Source: Acidimicrobiales bacterium
Lineage (GTDB): Bacteria > Actinomycetota > Acidimicrobiia > Acidimicrobiales > Bog-793
Assembly: GCA_050744865.1 (NCBI GenBank)
Contig: JBOGHW010000015.1
Coordinates: 7,554 to 71,553 of the forward strand
Length of the DNA: 64,000 nt
Direction: 5' to 3'
Shown here: positions 63,301 to 64,000 of the stretch, in pieces
How positions within the stretch are numbered: the stretch's first letter is position 1
Layout of the letters: the number at the start of each line of letters is the position of its first letter
Translations under genes and position numbers: made by a program
Notes under the pieces: model-generated
What the model was told of the DNA's origin: nothing
Seen by the model: only the letters and a program-made list of their open reading frames with translations
Databases searched by the model: none

Positions 63301-63857
63301 CAGCTCTCCACGGACCCGCGGTGATGGCACACCAACAGCTCACGCTCGAGAGCCTCCATCTCCTCGGCTTCGGCGTCGTCCTCGTGGTCCATGCCGAGCA
63401 GGTGCAAGATGCCGTGGACGAGGAGAAGGGCCATCTCGTCCTCGTAGCTTCCGGCATGCTCGGGTGCGTTGCGGGCGGCCACGCTCGGGCAGATCACGAC
63501 GTCACCGAGCATTCTGGGAGCATCGCCCGGAGCGCCCGAACCAGAGGGCGACGGGTCTTCTTCGCCGTCTTCGAACGCCTGGCGCCCTGGTCCGGTGGCG
63601 ACGTGCGAGCCGGGCCGAGGGCGGGTCCAGGACAGGTCGTCCTCGATCGGGAACGAGAGCACGTCGGTCGTGCCTTCGTGACCGAGGAAACGCTTGTTCA
63701 GCGAGGCGATCGCTCCCTCGTCCACATACAGGACGTTCAGCTCTACGTTGCCGGCGACCCCACGCGCCGTCAGGATCCGCTCGGCCAGAGAGCCCCACTT
63801 GGCAACGTCCACCTCAGCCGACGACTGCTCGTCGGCGACGAAGACTTCGATCGCCAT
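63300..63857 (-). CDS. ybeY: rRNA maturation endoribonuclease YbeY
   Basis: 185 aa from ATG 63857. The zinc motif is HGILHLLGMDHEDD. TDVLSFP and LGDVVICP are separated by an insertion of about 40 aa. Confidence 0.9.
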   Translation of the reverse strand: MAIEVFVADEQSSAEVDVAKWGSLAERILTARGVAGNVELNVLYVDEGAIASLNKRFLGHEGTTDVLSFPIEDDLSWTRPRPGSHVATGPGRQAFEDGEEDPSPSGSGAPGDAPRMLGDVVICPSVAARNAPEHAGSYEDEMALLLVHGILHLLGMDHEDDAEAEEMEALERELLVCHHRGSVES

Positions 63858-63866
63858 CAACCGGCC

Positions 63867-64000
63867 TCAAGTGGTCCCGTCGGCCCGGCCCCGTAACTCG
63901 AGCCCGGCTTGCTGGGCGGCGAAGCGATCGTAAGCCGAGACGATGTCCCGCACGATCCTGTGGCGTACGACGTCGGCTTCGGTGAGGTGCACGAAAGCGA
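63867..64000 (-). CDS. phoH: PhoH-family ATPase, C-terminal fragment (5' part lies outside the window)
   Basis: The reverse frame reads ...FVHLTEADVVRHRIVRDIVSAYDRFAAQQAGLELRGRADGTT*. The DVVRHxIVxxIVxAY segment is the conserved PhoH C-terminus. It is absent from the ORF track because it is open at the window edge. Confidence 0.75.
   Translation of the reverse strand, partial: AFVHLTEADVVRHRIVRDIVSAYDRFAAQQAGLELRGRADGTT

Overview
High-GC (roughly 68-70% by eye), densely coding chromosomal segment that looks like Actinomycetota; I cannot confirm the taxon. I support about 50 CDS, 1 tRNA (Asn-GTT), one cobalamin riboswitch and several short repeats. I saw no rRNA, CRISPR array, transposase or integrase. 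Many long ORFs in the supplied track are Arg/Pro-rich antisense or out-of-frame shadows typical of high-GC DNA, and I ignored them.

Layout, left to right:
- 1-4.5 kb: B12-riboswitch operon with a surface transcobalamin-like protein, EcfT and a fused ECF ATPase.
- 4.5-5.3 kb: overlapping XRE-HTH and minimal nucleotidyltransferase pair.
- 5.4-7.4 kb: alkB and an orphan trpB2, divergent around a GAAC-N4-GTTC box.
- 7.6-11.8 kb: 1391-aa secreted FN3/Big_2/propeller protein.
- 11.9-14.1 kb: GNAT, tRNA-Asn, DUF2510-type membrane protein and a small ORF.
- 14.1-21.2 kb: glyQS-ppdK-dnaG-rpoD string.
- 21.4-23.4 kb: secreted 14-blade Asp-box propeller.
- 23.5-31.1 kb: GlcNAc cluster (ROK regulator, GH20, nagA, SIS deaminase) carrying LtrA and an acyltransferase-like gene.
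- 31.1-36.5 kb: recO, a MacS-like histidine kinase with a LuxR response regulator, and a 917-aa polytopic membrane protein.
- 36.5-36.7 kb: two 76-bp hairpin repeats.
- 36.7-38.5 kb: sirC-like, uppS and a small TM gene.
- 38.6-42.8 kb: cysH, a 17-bp repeat array, sirA, an FrhB/FpoF-like gene and orf116.
- 42.9-43.5 kb: low-GC two-gene cassette.
- 43.6-49.5 kb: hutHUFI operon.
- 49.5-51.9 kb: acyltransferase-3/SGNH protein.
- 52.0-61.0 kb: AddB-like and AddA-like helicase-nuclease, then DinG.
- 60.9-64.0 kb: phoH-ybeY-CNNM-era string.

Most interesting candidates:
- The riboswitch-controlled transcobalamin-like surface protein coupled to an ECF module with no visible S component.
- The sulfite reductase translationally coupled to an FrhB/FpoF-family protein, a split analogue of archaeal F420-dependent Fsr.
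- The Cys-clasped propeller blade family shared by two secreted proteins.
- The 76-bp hairpin repeats.
- The two small candidate toxin-antitoxin-like cassettes.

All functional calls rest on motif recognition by eye. No database search was run.
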